64,000 nt of DNA, taken from positions 6,028 through 70,027 of the forward strand of contig LQMQ01000007.1 in the NCBI GenBank assembly GCA_001515205.2. The letters run 5' to 3'. Numbering within the stretch: the first letter of the stretch is position 1; each line of letters opens with the position of its first letter. Source of the stretch: Candidatus Hadarchaeum yellowstonense. GTDB lineage: Archaea > Hadarchaeota > Hadarchaeia > Hadarchaeales > Hadarchaeaceae. Of this stretch, positions 18,295-28,787 are shown piece after piece. The translations under genes and the position numbers were made by a program. A model generated the notes under the pieces. The model had not been told where the DNA came from and did no database searches. It was given only the letters and a program-made list of their open reading frames with translations.

Positions 18295-19527
18295 TTAATA
18301 CAGCACCACTTCAACTTCCTGTCCCTTCTCAAGCCTTTCCACATCCTCGGGCACAATTACGAAACCATCGGCTCTTGTCATCGAACTGAAAGCACTGGAT
18401 CCTGTTATCGCTATCGGCTCTGCTAGAACCGCCTCTCCCTCACGTTTCAATCTGACCCTTACCACCTCAAGCCTGCCCAGCGCTGAACTGATCTTCCGCG
18501 CCAGCTTCGCGCGCAGACAACAGCGTCCATGATCTGGCGCCAATCCCTGCATCACCAGGAGTGCCGGCCTGACCAGCAGATCAAAGGCAACCAAAGCAGC
18601 TACGGGAAAGCCGGAAAGGGCAAAAACAGGTTTTCCCTGAACTACTCCAAATCCCGTGGGGCTCCCTGGGCGGACGGCCACTCCGTGGAAGAGGAGTTCA
18701 CCCATATCGGCTATGGCGTCCGGAACCAGATCCTTCTCACCAACGGAACTGCCACCGGAAACCAGCAGCATGTCAACATGCCTCGTCTTTTTGAGAATTT
18801 TTTTGATGATCTCTGGATCGTCGGGAGCTATGCCCAGAATTCTGGAAACACCGCCCCAACGCTGCACGCATGCCGCGAGTGAATGTGAGTTGGCGTTAAT
18901 TACCTTTGCCGGCTCCAATTTTTCTCCCGGCCGCACCAGCTCACTGCCCGTCGCCAGAATGCCGACCACTGGTTTTCTAAAGACACGTATCCTCAGCTTA
19001 CCCATTGCCGCCAGCAGCCCTATCTCCTGAGGGCGGAGAAACTGCCCACGTCTTAACGCGACCTCTCCGGCACGGATGTCCTCACCCATGGCCGAAACAT
19101 TTTTGCCCGGGGTAACTGAGGCAAAAACCTTGAGCTTGTCGCCCTCCAACTTGGTATTCTCAACCATCACCGAGGCGTCGGCTCCCCGGGGCATCATGGC
19201 GCCTGTCATTATCTTGGCCGCCTCGCCCTTTCTTAGGAAAACCTTGGGTGGAATACCGATCTCCACCGAACCTACCAAGCGTAATTCCACGGGATTCTGC
19301 GGGCTGGCTCCAAAGGTATCCTTTGCTCTGACCGCGTAACCATCCACCGCGGAACGATCAAAGGGGGGAATATTAATTTCGGAGACGATATCCTCAGCGA
19401 GGACTCTTCCCAAACCACTTTCCAAGGACACCTCTTCCGATCCGAGCGGCTGGACCTTGGAAAAGATAATTTCAAGTGCCTTGGAAAGCCTGGTGTACTG
19501 TGAGAAACCTCGCATTCTTACTGACAT
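18295..19527 (-). CDS. moeA: Molybdopterin molybdotransferase
   Basis: PPFDRSAVDGYAV, IMTGA, ATGSEL, SGGSSVG, RPGSP, SGFPVA. Confidence 0.95.
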   Translation of the reverse strand: MSVRMRGFSQYTRLSKALEIIFSKVQPLGSEEVSLESGLGRVLAEDIVSEINIPPFDRSAVDGYAVRAKDTFGASPQNPVELRLVGSVEIGIPPKVFLRKGEAAKIMTGAMMPRGADASVMVENTKLEGDKLKVFASVTPGKNVSAMGEDIRAGEVALRRGQFLRPQEIGLLAAMGKLRIRVFRKPVVGILATGSELVRPGEKLEPAKVINANSHSLAACVQRWGGVSRILGIAPDDPEIIKKILKKTRHVDMLLVSGGSSVGEKDLVPDAIADMGELLFHGVAVRPGSPTGFGVVQGKPVFALSGFPVAALVAFDLLVRPALLVMQGLAPDHGRCCLRAKLARKISSALGRLEVVRVRLKREGEAVLAEPIAITGSSAFSSMTRADGFVIVPEDVERLEKGQEVEVVLY

Positions 19528-19528
19528 C

Positions 19529-20044
19529 TCATTCACGTGCATGCTTGACAACGTGCCCGAGCTCAGGAAGAATCAAATCCATGCCTATTTCAACGGCATT
19601 GGGGGCGCCTGGAAGGCAAAAAACTGGTTTTCTTTTGATTATTCCCGCTGAGGCGCGAGTTAGCAGCGCCGGTGTCCCCACCATATCATAGCCCACCCTC
19701 CGGAGTACCTCTCCAAAGCCAGGAAGTTCCTTTTCATAGAGTGGCGCCACCGTTTCGATCGTGACGTCCCTGCGGGCGATGCCGGTGCCGCCGGTGATGA
19801 TGATGGCGTCAATTCTGTCGTCGGCTACAAATCCTTTCACGGCTCGGCGGATCTTCGCCTTTTCATCTGGCACGATCGTCCTCAGCGCCTCGTGCCCGGC
19901 TTCACGGGCCTTCTGAACTATGATCTTGCCCGAGATGTCTTCATCCAGTCCCTTCGCCATTGCTGCTGACCGTGTGTCGCTGACCACCAGCACGGCGATC
20001 CTGAGCTTTTTCGGCGCCCCTTTTCTGTGCTCCTCGAAAGTCAA
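19529..20044 (-). CDS. moaB: Molybdopterin adenylyltransferase MoaB/MogA
   Basis: VSDTRS, DISG, VPDE, TGGTG..RDVT.E, LPGFGE, LPGAPNA. Confidence 0.93.
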   Translation of the reverse strand: MTFEEHRKGAPKKLRIAVLVVSDTRSAAMAKGLDEDISGKIIVQKAREAGHEALRTIVPDEKAKIRRAVKGFVADDRIDAIIITGGTGIARRDVTIETVAPLYEKELPGFGEVLRRVGYDMVGTPALLTRASAGIIKRKPVFCLPGAPNAVEIGMDLILPELGHVVKHARE

Positions 20045-20475
20045 CTTTTCACCTTTTTGACCACGTGTATTTCCTCAATCCGCGTGGTCGGGTACTGTCC
20101 CATTTCATCCTTCTCCAAGCCCTTCACCATATCCCAGACGGTCAGGAGGGCCCCGATCACCCCGGTCAGCGCCTCCATCTCAACTCCGGTCTGTCCCACG
20201 CTCCTGACTTCAACCTCGGCGCGGACTCCGGTTTTTTCGATTTCAAGATCGACATCGACCCCAGTGATGGGGATGGGGTGGGTGAGCGGTATCAGTTCAG
20301 TGGTGCGCTTCACGGCCATCACCGCGGCCGTCTTGGCAACGGCGAAAACATCACCCTTGGGCACATCCTTTGAAGCTATCTTCTTTAGAGTCTCCTCCTT
20401 AAGACGGATGAAGCCGCTGGCTCTGGCCATTCGGAAGACTGCTTCCTTTTGCCCGATATCGACCATGTGGACCAT
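20041..20475 (-). CDS. moaC: Cyclic pyranopterin monophosphate synthase
   Basis: MVDIGQK, KGDV, LIPLTHP, TGVEMEAL, WDMVK. Confidence 0.95.
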   Translation of the reverse strand: MVHMVDIGQKEAVFRMARASGFIRLKEETLKKIASKDVPKGDVFAVAKTAAVMAVKRTTELIPLTHPIPITGVDVDLEIEKTGVRAEVEVRSVGQTGVEMEALTGVIGALLTVWDMVKGLEKDEMGQYPTTRIEEIHVVKKVKS

Positions 20476-20566
20476 GTCACCACTTTAGAGAAATCTCTGG
20501 CTCGAAATATAAGTTTGGGTGGCGGGGCCATCAACCGACTGGGCCGAAAAACGAATCCGTGATGTT

Positions 20567-20860
20567 CTAATAGTACATCGGGCTGATGTGGCGCTCCTCA
20601 ACTGGTGTCCATATGAAGGTTCTGCCAAGCTTTTCCCGCTTGAGCCTCCCCGAACATTCCAGATGCTTCAGGACCTGGTTGACCTCCCTGACCTTCCAGT
20701 TTAGGACTTTGGCGATGTCGGCCGAGTTATAAAGACCAAATCTTCTAACGACGAACTCAACCACGCTTCTTTTGACCTCCATGGAAAAGTCCTCTTCGCT
20801 CTCGCCTTCGTCTTCCTCCTCCTCAAGGTAAATTGGTGCCTCTCTCATCTGGATCACCAC
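20567..20860 (-). CDS. Small winged-helix protein with acidic N-terminus and C-terminal MYY
   Basis: SADIAKVLNWKVREVNQVLKHLECSGRL helix-turn-helix followed by a beta wing. Confidence 0.7.
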   Translation of the reverse strand: MVIQMREAPIYLEEEEDEGESEEDFSMEVKRSVVEFVVRRFGLYNSADIAKVLNWKVREVNQVLKHLECSGRLKREKLGRTFIWTPVEERHISPMYY

Positions 20861-20868
20861 AAATTAAT

Positions 20869-21291
20869 TTAGCTGGTCTTTAATTTAAACTGCGCCTCTG
20901 AGATCAACTCTTCAAAGGTATCTTCAGGCAAAACCTCGCCCAAACCAATGCCAGGACAATCCTCAGCGAAATTGAAAACATATCTGTTCTCTTTTTTACA
21001 AACCGAAAAAGGATAAAAACGACAAACCAGGGGACGGATGTCATAAATTCTGCAGGACTTTCCCTCCAAAAAGACGCACTTACCTGCTCTTTTTTTCATC
21101 TTGTACTGATATGGTCCTTTGCTCGGAATCGGGGTTGCAAACGACAGCGGACTTAATCCAGTTCTTTCCGCGATCTCCTCGACCTCGCTTTTGGTGAGAA
21201 GCAAATTCCTGCTCCGATGCGATGTGTCACCGCAACACCGCGCACATCGCTGGCACTCAAAGCGCAAGTTTTTCGGCACCAGAAGATTCAT
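20869..21291 (-). CDS. YkgJ/FliB family CxxCxxCC cysteine-cluster protein
   Basis: FECQRCARCC, CVFL, CRIY..RPLVCRFYPF, CPGIG. Confidence 0.9.
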   Translation of the reverse strand: MNLLVPKNLRFECQRCARCCGDTSHRSRNLLLTKSEVEEIAERTGLSPLSFATPIPSKGPYQYKMKKRAGKCVFLEGKSCRIYDIRPLVCRFYPFSVCKKENRYVFNFAEDCPGIGLGEVLPEDTFEELISEAQFKLKTS

Positions 21292-21508
21292 GGTTAAAAC
21301 TCTCTGCCCCCGGGATTTAACTTTTTCGCTCGCATTTTTTTGACCATCCTAAAAATCAGATTTACGCGGCAAACACTGCCGATTAACAAACAACAGAAAG
21401 ATGGTTGCTACTCTTCGTGGCCGGAGGGGTTAAAATTTTTCGGAATCTGTTATTGGACCGAATCGGCTTGAGCCTGGGCAGATAAACTAAAAAACTAGAA
21501 AAAACGAA

Positions 21509-22810
21509 ATGACATGGATGTTTTTAAAAAGAATCTTCAGCAGGCCGCCTCCGCCCGAACCAGCCGTGGAAAGCTTCAGTTTAGATTCGCTGAAAGATCG
21601 CGTCACCAAGATGATGGAAGAAAAAATGGAAAAAGCTAGATCCCAGCTGACTCCGCTGACCGCAGAGATTAACAGAGCATGTGCCGCGCTCGCAACCGCT
21701 CTGAAAGAGCTTTACAATTCAGACCCCGATGAGGAAGTCCACCTAGGTCTAATGAAATCAGCAATGGAAGCGAGAAAATTGATCTACGATAAAATTTCAC
21801 GCTCGCTCGGCTACCTGAACTGCCCCCAGGAGTTAACCAGCGATTCCCTCATTAAATTCAACGAGAGAATCTCTAAAGCAACCGACACCATCGCGGATGC
21901 CATGAAGACCCACGGACGCTACGTGCGTGCCGTTTTTGGCCAGAAATATTTGGAGTTTGAGTCCTGCCTGCGGGAACTGCACGAAGTAACCATCCGAGCT
22001 CAATCATGCATTACCGAGACCACCGGGGAAATTCAGCGTCTGAATTCCATCCTCTCGGAAATTTCACTCTACCACCAGACAACTCGGGAAATGGATCAAA
22101 TTGGAGAAAAAATAAAGTCACTGCGGGAGAGGGTCAATGGCCTCGAGGCCAAAATCAACGAGGGGTCCTCCCAACTCACCGGGTTAAAATCGAGCCCGGA
22201 ATTCAAGCGGGCCACAGGATCTGCTGAGGAATTTGAAAGGATAAAGCAGGAAATCAGCAGGAGAAGGGAAATTGCCGCCGGCCTAATTTCTGAGCTGAAC
22301 AGGCCCCTGCGCAAGCTGGAAAAGTTGGTGAGAAGCGGGGAACACCGCATGGCCCCTGAACTTCAAAAAATACTGGAAGTTTCCATAAAGGATCCGGCCG
22401 GGGTAATTGCCTCGGAAGAAACCATAGCTGCCTTTGAGAGGCTCCTCCGAGAAGCAGCTGAAATCGTCAACTCTGGAAAAATAGATCTGGACAAGCGGGA
22501 GAGAAAAAATCTGCTCGATGCCGCGCGTGATCTCTCGCCACAGCTGCAGCAGACCAGAAACACTCTGATAACTCTAACAGCGGCTGCCGAGGCCAAGAAA
22601 AGGGATTCCGAAAATCCCGTCGTCAGTCAAGCCGCCGAACTCGAGAACTCGATAAGACAACAGGAGCATGAGCTGAAGGAGACGCTGAACTCCATCGAAC
22701 AGCTCGAGAGGAGGATTAAACTGATGCAGGGGGAACTGGTCTCAAGGAAAGGGAAACTGATGACGCTCGCCAGCGAAGCGCTGGGCGTAAAGGTGGAAAT
22801 CACTTCTTAA
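21509..22810 (+). CDS. Long coiled-coil hypothetical protein
   Basis: 433 aa ORF rich in E/K/L/R heptads; no NTPase motif. Confidence 0.75.
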   Translation: MTWMFLKRIFSRPPPPEPAVESFSLDSLKDRVTKMMEEKMEKARSQLTPLTAEINRACAALATALKELYNSDPDEEVHLGLMKSAMEARKLIYDKISRSLGYLNCPQELTSDSLIKFNERISKATDTIADAMKTHGRYVRAVFGQKYLEFESCLRELHEVTIRAQSCITETTGEIQRLNSILSEISLYHQTTREMDQIGEKIKSLRERVNGLEAKINEGSSQLTGLKSSPEFKRATGSAEEFERIKQEISRRREIAAGLISELNRPLRKLEKLVRSGEHRMAPELQKILEVSIKDPAGVIASEETIAAFERLLREAAEIVNSGKIDLDKRERKNLLDAARDLSPQLQQTRNTLITLTAAAEAKKRDSENPVVSQAAELENSIRQQEHELKETLNSIEQLERRIKLMQGELVSRKGKLMTLASEALGVKVEITS

Positions 22811-22967
22811 AATCAGTGTAACCGCATTTGCCACAGGCCCAGCGGTCCTTATGGTCCGCCATGAAAACACCGGGGCCGCAGCGGGGACATTGGGGCCTCT
22901 GCCGCTTCACGGATTTTCCATCCACCTTGTAGAGCTTTGATTTCGAGGCTTTAACCTTCTCCGCCAT
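22800..22967 (-). CDS. rps27ae: 30S ribosomal protein S27ae (eS31)
   Basis: Below the ORF-track length cutoff. Manual translation: [55 protein letters not shown]; follows S24e. Confidence 0.95.
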   Translation of the reverse strand: MAEKVKASKSKLYKVDGKSVKRQRPQCPRCGPGVFMADHKDRWACGKCGYTDFKK

Positions 22968-22969
22968 TT

Positions 22970-23326
22970 TTATCCCTCTCCTTTACCCGATTTAACATCA
23001 GCTTGAGGCGCCTTTTTCTCCGGCTTTGATTCCGCCGGTTTTTCCTCCTTGGGCAGCCCACGCTTCAGCAGGTATTTGGGCTCCATCAACTCCAGCTGTT
23101 CACGGGTGCTGTAGACTCGCGCAACCCCCGTGGCCACCTGGCAACCATGTGAGCTGGTAAACCTTTCTATCACCAGCAGTTCCTCAGATGTTCCCAGAAG
23201 TGAAGCTAGCTGGGAACGAACCTCAACCCGGCTCGGCGTCGGGCCTCCCGTGTGATCTACCCTGAACTCAACCTCAACCCTATTAAGCAGCGGGTTTTCT
23301 GTCCTCTTGACCAGTTCAACTTTCAT
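22970..23326 (-). CDS. rps24e: 30S ribosomal protein S24e
   Basis: [26 protein letters not shown]. Confidence 0.95.
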   Translation of the reverse strand: MKVELVKRTENPLLNRVEVEFRVDHTGGPTPSRVEVRSQLASLLGTSEELLVIERFTSSHGCQVATGVARVYSTREQLELMEPKYLLKRGLPKEEKPAESKPEKKAPQADVKSGKGEG

Positions 23327-23422
23327 TTTTATCCCCTTTTTCCATGGAACTCTTCCAAAATAAACTCACCGTTTGGCATTCTTTGGCCGTCAAAAAATAG
23401 TGTCGCAATTAGCTATAAAAAA

Positions 23423-23938
23423 TCACCCCACAAACTTGCTCAAAATATCACGCATCTCCTGGCGCTTTTTTTCATCAACTTCCACCAGGACGAGCCCCGC
23501 CCGCGGCTGTCCATACACAACCACCGCGCCATCAGGAGAGCTGATGACCGCAGGAATCGTGGCCAAGTCCTCCTCACCCTCCACAACTATCTTCACCGGT
23601 GGCTTGGCCGCCTTTATCGCCGCCCAGAGTTCAGGGGTTATCGTTGCAGCCGGGTTCTTGACCCGGACAACACTGCCGCTGAATGAGTCTATTAAGGAAC
23701 GCGTTTTCTCATCGATCGGAGATCTCATTGCCTTAAGATCCACTATGACCACATCTGGCTTTATGCCGGCATGCAGGAAACTAGAAGTCACCGTATCCCC
23801 CACCGTTACTAACCTAGCGGGTTTGATTTTCCTGAGATGTTCAACAACCTCGGAGAAACTGGAGAACAACCGACCCAGCGGTTGTTGCAGCAGGGGGCGC
23901 AGACTTTCGGGCAGCCTCAGCAACCGGTCCTCAACCAT
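23423..23938 (-). CDS. GTP-dependent dephospho-CoA kinase (DUF359)
   Basis: LQQPLG, TVGDTV, VDLKAMR, NPAATI, VEGEEDL, YGQP; conserved position upstream of S24e. Confidence 0.88.
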   Translation of the reverse strand: MVEDRLLRLPESLRPLLQQPLGRLFSSFSEVVEHLRKIKPARLVTVGDTVTSSFLHAGIKPDVVIVDLKAMRSPIDEKTRSLIDSFSGSVVRVKNPAATITPELWAAIKAAKPPVKIVVEGEEDLATIPAVISSPDGAVVVYGQPRAGLVLVEVDEKKRQEMRDILSKFVG

Positions 23939-23996
23939 GAAGATCAACATCGTTTGATTTATAGTCTCAATAAAATATTTCGTTTGAGTTGGATAA

Positions 23997-26831
23997 ATGG
24001 ATGTTTTTTCCCAATTATCTGAACCCGTGAGGCAGGTCGTCAAGAAGATGGGGCTTAGCAAGCCGACCAAGCCACAGGAGCTGGCCATACCCGCCATCTT
24101 GAGCGGCAGAAACGTGCTGTTGATTGCCCCCACCGGCACGGGAAAAACTGAGGCCGCCCTTCTGCCTGTGCTGAGCCTTTACCTGTCGCAGAAACACCAG
24201 ACCGGGATCAAAATACTCTATATCGCCCCCCTGCGGGCGTTGAACAGGGACATGCTTTCCCGGCTTACAAAAATGTGCCAAGAGTTGGAAATTAACATTG
24301 CGGTCAGACATGGCGACACAACCGCGGTGGAAAGACAGCAGCAAAAGGCGGAGCCGCCGGAAATGCTGATAACAACCCCGGAAACGCTCCAAGCAATACT
24401 GCCCGGAAAAATCATTGGAAAGCACTTGAAAGGTGTGCAGTGGGTAATAGTGGATGAAATCCATGAACTGGCTGCAGACAAAAGGGGCGTCCAGCTTGCG
24501 GTTGGGCTGGAGCGCCTTTCAAAAATTGCCGGTGAGTTCCAGCGCATCGGCCTCTCGGCCACCGTTGGCTCCAAAAATGAAATAGCCAAGTTTCTTGCCG
24601 GTACGGAACGCCAAGTCGAGATTTTGGACGCCTCGATGGAAAAGGAAATGGAAGTCAAGGTTGAAAGCCCAATGCCGACAAAGGACGACGTTGAATTGGC
24701 GGAGCGGCTTTATGTTGACCCCACGATGGCGGCACGGCTCAGAAAACTGCAGGAGCTGATCAATCAACACGAATCGGTGCTGGTCTTCGTTAACACTCGG
24801 GAGACCGCGGAAATGTTGGGATCCAGGCTCAAGCTACTCGACCCCTCGCTCAAGGTGGGGATCCACCACGGCTCCTTGGCCAGAGAGATCCGAATAGAGG
24901 CTGAAGAAGAATTTCGCAACGGGCGTCTGAAAGGACTCATCTGCACCTCATCCATGGAACTTGGCATAGACATCGGTGCGGTGGATCTGGTCGTGCAGTA
25001 CATGTCTCCCCGTCAGGTGACAAGACTGGTTCAGAGAATTGGCCGTTCGGGACACCGCGTGGAGGCGCGCTCCAGAGGAATTGTAATTTCATCCAGCCCC
25101 GACGACATCGCCGAGGCAATGGTCATCGCCAGGAGAGCCTTGGCCAAGGAACTGGAAGGGGAGAGATTCCATGATCTTGCTTTAGACGTCTTGGCTCACC
25201 AGCTCGCTGGAATTTCGCTGGACCGGGGCAAGGCCAGCATCGATGAGGCCCTCTCGCTGCTGAGGCAGGCTTGGCCCTACCGGGGGCTGGACGCGGGCAC
25301 TGTTGAACGCATCCTACAACAACTCAGCTCGGAGGGAATTATGTGGCTGGAAGATGGCCTGTTTAAGCTCCGTCGGCCGGGATTTTCCTACTACTTCACC
25401 AACCTATCGATGATACCGGACACACGACGCTACACCATAAGGGACATCAGCTCCAGAAAAACCGTGGGCACTCTAGATGAGGAATTCGTCGCCTACCACG
25501 GAGATCAGGGCCTAGTCTTCATCATCAAGGGGGAGGCCTGGAAAATAATCGACATCGACCATGAACGGAGGCAAGTTCTGGTTGAGACAAGCAACGACCT
25601 GCTGGGAGCGATCCCCGCCTGGGAAGGGGAGCTGATCCCCGTCCCCTTCGAAGTCGCTCAGGAGGTCGGCTGCCTCAGATCAAGAATCGCTGAACTCCTC
25701 AGCGAGAATCAAACAGTTAAACAGGTGGCCTCCACGCTGGGGAAGGATTATCCCATCGACGAGGACACGGCAAGCTGGCTGGTTGATCAGATTCAAGAAC
25801 AAATCGGCTGTGGGGTCCTTCCAACTCATGAGCTGCTCTTGATTGAAGCCAGCGAAAACTTTGTGGTTCTGCACGCCTGCTTTGGCAGCCTGGTCAACCA
25901 GACAATTGGGCTGGTAGTGGCCGCTCTGCTGACGACAAGGATGGGGGCAAGCGTAGCAATTAAGGTGGATCCTTACCGGATCGCCTTCAAATTGCCGGTT
26001 GAGGCCAGCCCGGAACTCCTCCAGGGCATCCTCGTGGAATTGAAGCCACAACAGCTGCTACCCATCTTGAAAATAATTCTCAAAGACAGTGCCATGTTTA
26101 AGTGGCGCCTCGTGCAGGTGGCCAAGAGATTCGGGGCAATTAAAAGGGATGCCGAGCTCGCTAGGCTGAACCTGCGCCGCCTGGTGAAATCTTTCGAGGG
26201 CACGCCAATATACGAGGAAGCTTTCAGAGAAACGCTGGTGGAAAAGCTCGACGTTGAGAAAACGAGAGAAGTCCTTGGCCTTTTATCAACGGGAAAAATT
26301 AAGATAAAGACATTGATCGGCGCTCCAACACCGCTGGCCTGGCCTGTGTTGAATGAAATCTCTGGTGGTGAGCTGATCATACCCAAACGGGCGGAGCGGG
26401 AAATAATACGTGCACTCAGGCGTAGATTGGATCAACAGGTCGTGCGTCTTCACTGTCTCAACTGCAACGAATGGTCCATCACCACCAGAACCGGTCGCGT
26501 TCCCGATCCACCGGTTTGCCAAAATTGCGGGGCTAGGCTGATCACTCTTTTGCCCCGCGAAAGCCAGCAGCTCATGAACGCAATAAAAAAACACGCTTCA
26601 GGAAAACCCCTCACCGCCGCAGAAGATCGCCTAGTAAAGAGGGCCTTCCAAGCCGCAAACTTGGTTCTGACCTACGGCAAACGAGCGGTGATTGCCCTTT
26701 CCGGCCGTGGCATCGGCCCCCAGACGGCGACCAGAATCCTCGCCAACTGCACGCGGGACGATGATTTTTACCGGGCAATCCTCCAAGCAGAAAAGATCTA
26801 TTCCCGAACCAGACGTTTCTGGGCTACTTGA
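23997..26831 (+). CDS. lhr: Lhr-like SF2 DEAD/DEAH helicase with C-terminal Zn finger
   Basis: APTGTGKT, TTPETL, DEIH, LSAT, HHGSL, SSMELGIDIG, QRIGRSGH, PAWEGE, CLNC/CQNC. Confidence 0.92.
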   Translation: MDVFSQLSEPVRQVVKKMGLSKPTKPQELAIPAILSGRNVLLIAPTGTGKTEAALLPVLSLYLSQKHQTGIKILYIAPLRALNRDMLSRLTKMCQELEINIAVRHGDTTAVERQQQKAEPPEMLITTPETLQAILPGKIIGKHLKGVQWVIVDEIHELAADKRGVQLAVGLERLSKIAGEFQRIGLSATVGSKNEIAKFLAGTERQVEILDASMEKEMEVKVESPMPTKDDVELAERLYVDPTMAARLRKLQELINQHESVLVFVNTRETAEMLGSRLKLLDPSLKVGIHHGSLAREIRIEAEEEFRNGRLKGLICTSSMELGIDIGAVDLVVQYMSPRQVTRLVQRIGRSGHRVEARSRGIVISSSPDDIAEAMVIARRALAKELEGERFHDLALDVLAHQLAGISLDRGKASIDEALSLLRQAWPYRGLDAGTVERILQQLSSEGIMWLEDGLFKLRRPGFSYYFTNLSMIPDTRRYTIRDISSRKTVGTLDEEFVAYHGDQGLVFIIKGEAWKIIDIDHERRQVLVETSNDLLGAIPAWEGELIPVPFEVAQEVGCLRSRIAELLSENQTVKQVASTLGKDYPIDEDTASWLVDQIQEQIGCGVLPTHELLLIEASENFVVLHACFGSLVNQTIGLVVAALLTTRMGASVAIKVDPYRIAFKLPVEASPELLQGILVELKPQQLLPILKIILKDSAMFKWRLVQVAKRFGAIKRDAELARLNLRRLVKSFEGTPIYEEAFRETLVEKLDVEKTREVLGLLSTGKIKIKTLIGAPTPLAWPVLNEISGGELIIPKRAEREIIRALRRRLDQQVVRLHCLNCNEWSITTRTGRVPDPPVCQNCGARLITLLPRESQQLMNAIKKHASGKPLTAAEDRLVKRAFQAANLVLTYGKRAVIALSGRGIGPQTATRILANCTRDDDFYRAILQAEKIYSRTRRFWAT

Positions 26832-26871
26832 GCCGTGACCTGTTCACCGCCGGGAACACAACCTTGCCAAG

Positions 26872-28116
26872 TTAACCGGCAAACAACTTCTGCAACTGTT
26901 CAAGCTTCGGCTCAATGACCTCTGGCCTTTCGACCATTTTCAGCGCGGTAGCAACATCCTTCAGCCCACCGCCGGTTACCTCAACCACAACGACATCGGA
27001 TCTGGAGATAACCCCGCCGTCAAGCAATTTTTTCAATCCCGCCAGCCCCGCTGCTCCAGAGGGCTCGGCGAAAATCCCCTCGCTTCTGGCCAAACGCTTG
27101 ACGGCCTCCAGTATCTCGGCGTCATTTACCGTCTCCGCAGTTCCCCCCGAACGCTTGATCGCTGGAATCGCTGTGTCGGCATCCCAAGGATAGGGGTCAA
27201 TCAACCCTCCCGCGACCGTCCTCGGGTCGGGCCAAGGGGGAATTTCATAGGGCGGCGTCCCCTCCCTAAAAGCCTTGACGATGGGGGCACAACCCTCTGC
27301 CTGAATAGCAACGAGCCTGGGCACCCCCTTTATCAAACCGATCTGTTCAAACTCAAAGTAACCCTTGGCGTTGCCGGAAAGGAGAGTTCCGGCCCCGGTG
27401 GGGACGATCACCCAGTCGGGGGCTTGCCAGCCAAGCTGTTCACATATTTCATAAGAGATCGTCTTTGAGCCCTCCGGCTGGTAAGGATTGAACGCCCCTC
27501 CGCTGGGTATCGGGTGCCAGCCAAATTTCTTCCATGATTGCAGCATGAGCTGATAGGTTGGATCACCAGCCCCGCCCTCCTTGGGCTGAACGACGCGCGC
27601 CCCGTGCATCAGCAGCTGGGCCACCTTGCTCTCAGGGGCTCCCGCGGGAACGTATGCATAACATTTAATTCCGGCCTTTGCCGCATAGGCCGCAAGCGCT
27701 ATTGCGGCATTACCGCTCGAAGCGCACACCACCGTGCGGGCCCCAAACTCCACGGCCTTCGACACCCCAACGCTCATGGGTCTGTCCTTAAAAGAAGAGG
27801 TCGGGTTCCGCGTCTCGTCCTTCAAAAAAAGATACTTCATTTTCAGCTCTTTCGCCAGATTTCTTGCCGGAATCAGCGGTGTGCCCCCCTCCCCCAGAGA
27901 GACAATGTTCTTTTTTCTCGCCAGCGGCAGCAACTCAAAATACTTCCAGACGCCGCCCCTTCTTTTGCTCAGCTCGATCCTACTGATCTTTGCTGCCACG
28001 GCCTCGTAATCATAGATCACGTCGAGCTTTCCGCCGCACTTCCCGCAGGTGTAGAGCCCCCGCGAGGGGCGATGTCTTCTGCCACACCTGAGACACCTCA
28101 GCTCCAAAATGGGCAA
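26872..28116 (-). CDS. Threonine synthase-like fold-type II PLP enzyme with N-terminal Zn ribbon
   Basis: CLRC/CGKC, SLGEGGTPL, NPTSSFKDR, SSGNA, AEPSGA, TGGGLK. Substrate-phosphate motif atypical. Confidence 0.8.
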   Translation of the reverse strand: MPILELRCLRCGRRHRPSRGLYTCGKCGGKLDVIYDYEAVAAKISRIELSKRRGGVWKYFELLPLARKKNIVSLGEGGTPLIPARNLAKELKMKYLFLKDETRNPTSSFKDRPMSVGVSKAVEFGARTVVCASSGNAAIALAAYAAKAGIKCYAYVPAGAPESKVAQLLMHGARVVQPKEGGAGDPTYQLMLQSWKKFGWHPIPSGGAFNPYQPEGSKTISYEICEQLGWQAPDWVIVPTGAGTLLSGNAKGYFEFEQIGLIKGVPRLVAIQAEGCAPIVKAFREGTPPYEIPPWPDPRTVAGGLIDPYPWDADTAIPAIKRSGGTAETVNDAEILEAVKRLARSEGIFAEPSGAAGLAGLKKLLDGGVISRSDVVVVEVTGGGLKDVATALKMVERPEVIEPKLEQLQKLFAG

Positions 28117-28205
28117 TTTTTCACCTTCTGGTTTTTATCCCCGAAGATAATGAAGTGCCCTGCAGTTTTAAATCCCCCTACGCTCAAACTTTTATGGGAG
28201 ATGGA

Positions 28206-28787
28206 ATGACGGTTGATATCTGGATCGAAATATTTCTGGTCGCTATCATTCTAATTCTTCTGGGTTGGATCCTTTACTCCGGCGGCGGGTCGCGCCACCG
28301 CAAGTTGCAGCAGGAAATCGCTGCCCAGCGGGAGGAGCTGAGGGTGCTGAGAGAAGCCAACGAATCGCTGCGCAACGCACTCGGGATCAGCGAAGAGGGC
28401 AAACTGAGACGCTATCAGGAGATATTTCAGTTTGTCAGGGATCTGGAAAGCCTCCGAGCAGCCATAGCCGGCTCGACCATCTCCCAGAAGGTCCTTCGCG
28501 ACAAATATGGTGAGGTTCAAGGAGCTGAACTCCTCCAAAAAATAATGGACGCTAGGCCAAACATTGACCCCGCGGTGAAGAGAAGGCTGGCCGACGAGAT
28601 CTTGGTGGGTGAAGCCGGCAGGACAATTATGAAAAGCCTGGATCGGGGGGCATCAATCGATCGAGCCGCCTCCGCTGCCGGCATGCCTTTGATCGTGGCC
28701 AAGGGACAGATCAGGAGGCTCCAGATACTGGGCTACTTGGACTCAAGGCTGAAACCAACGGAACTTGGACGCCGGGCCTTAGAATGA
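28206..28787 (+). CDS. Membrane-anchored coiled-coil protein with C-terminal winged-helix-like region
   Basis: N-terminal TM helix, coiled coil, C-terminus ...IRRLQILGYLDSRLKPTELGRR. Confidence 0.65.
   Translation: MTVDIWIEIFLVAIILILLGWILYSGGGSRHRKLQQEIAAQREELRVLREANESLRNALGISEEGKLRRYQEIFQFVRDLESLRAAIAGSTISQKVLRDKYGEVQGAELLQKIMDARPNIDPAVKRRLADEILVGEAGRTIMKSLDRGASIDRAASAAGMPLIVAKGQIRRLQILGYLDSRLKPTELGRRALE

Noticed and set aside
20476..20566. Moco riboswitch upstream of moaC
   Set aside because: A TATA-like element lies about 30 nt from the start, leaving no room for a structured leader.
20567..20760. Z-alpha (Z-DNA-binding) domain resemblance in the small wHTH (EVNQVL...W)
   Set aside because: The key Tyr of NxxLY is Lys and the wing prolines are absent; a generic wHTH is more likely.
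21509..22810. SMC/Rad50-like ATPase
   Set aside because: Coiled coil only; no Walker motifs, hinge or zinc hook.
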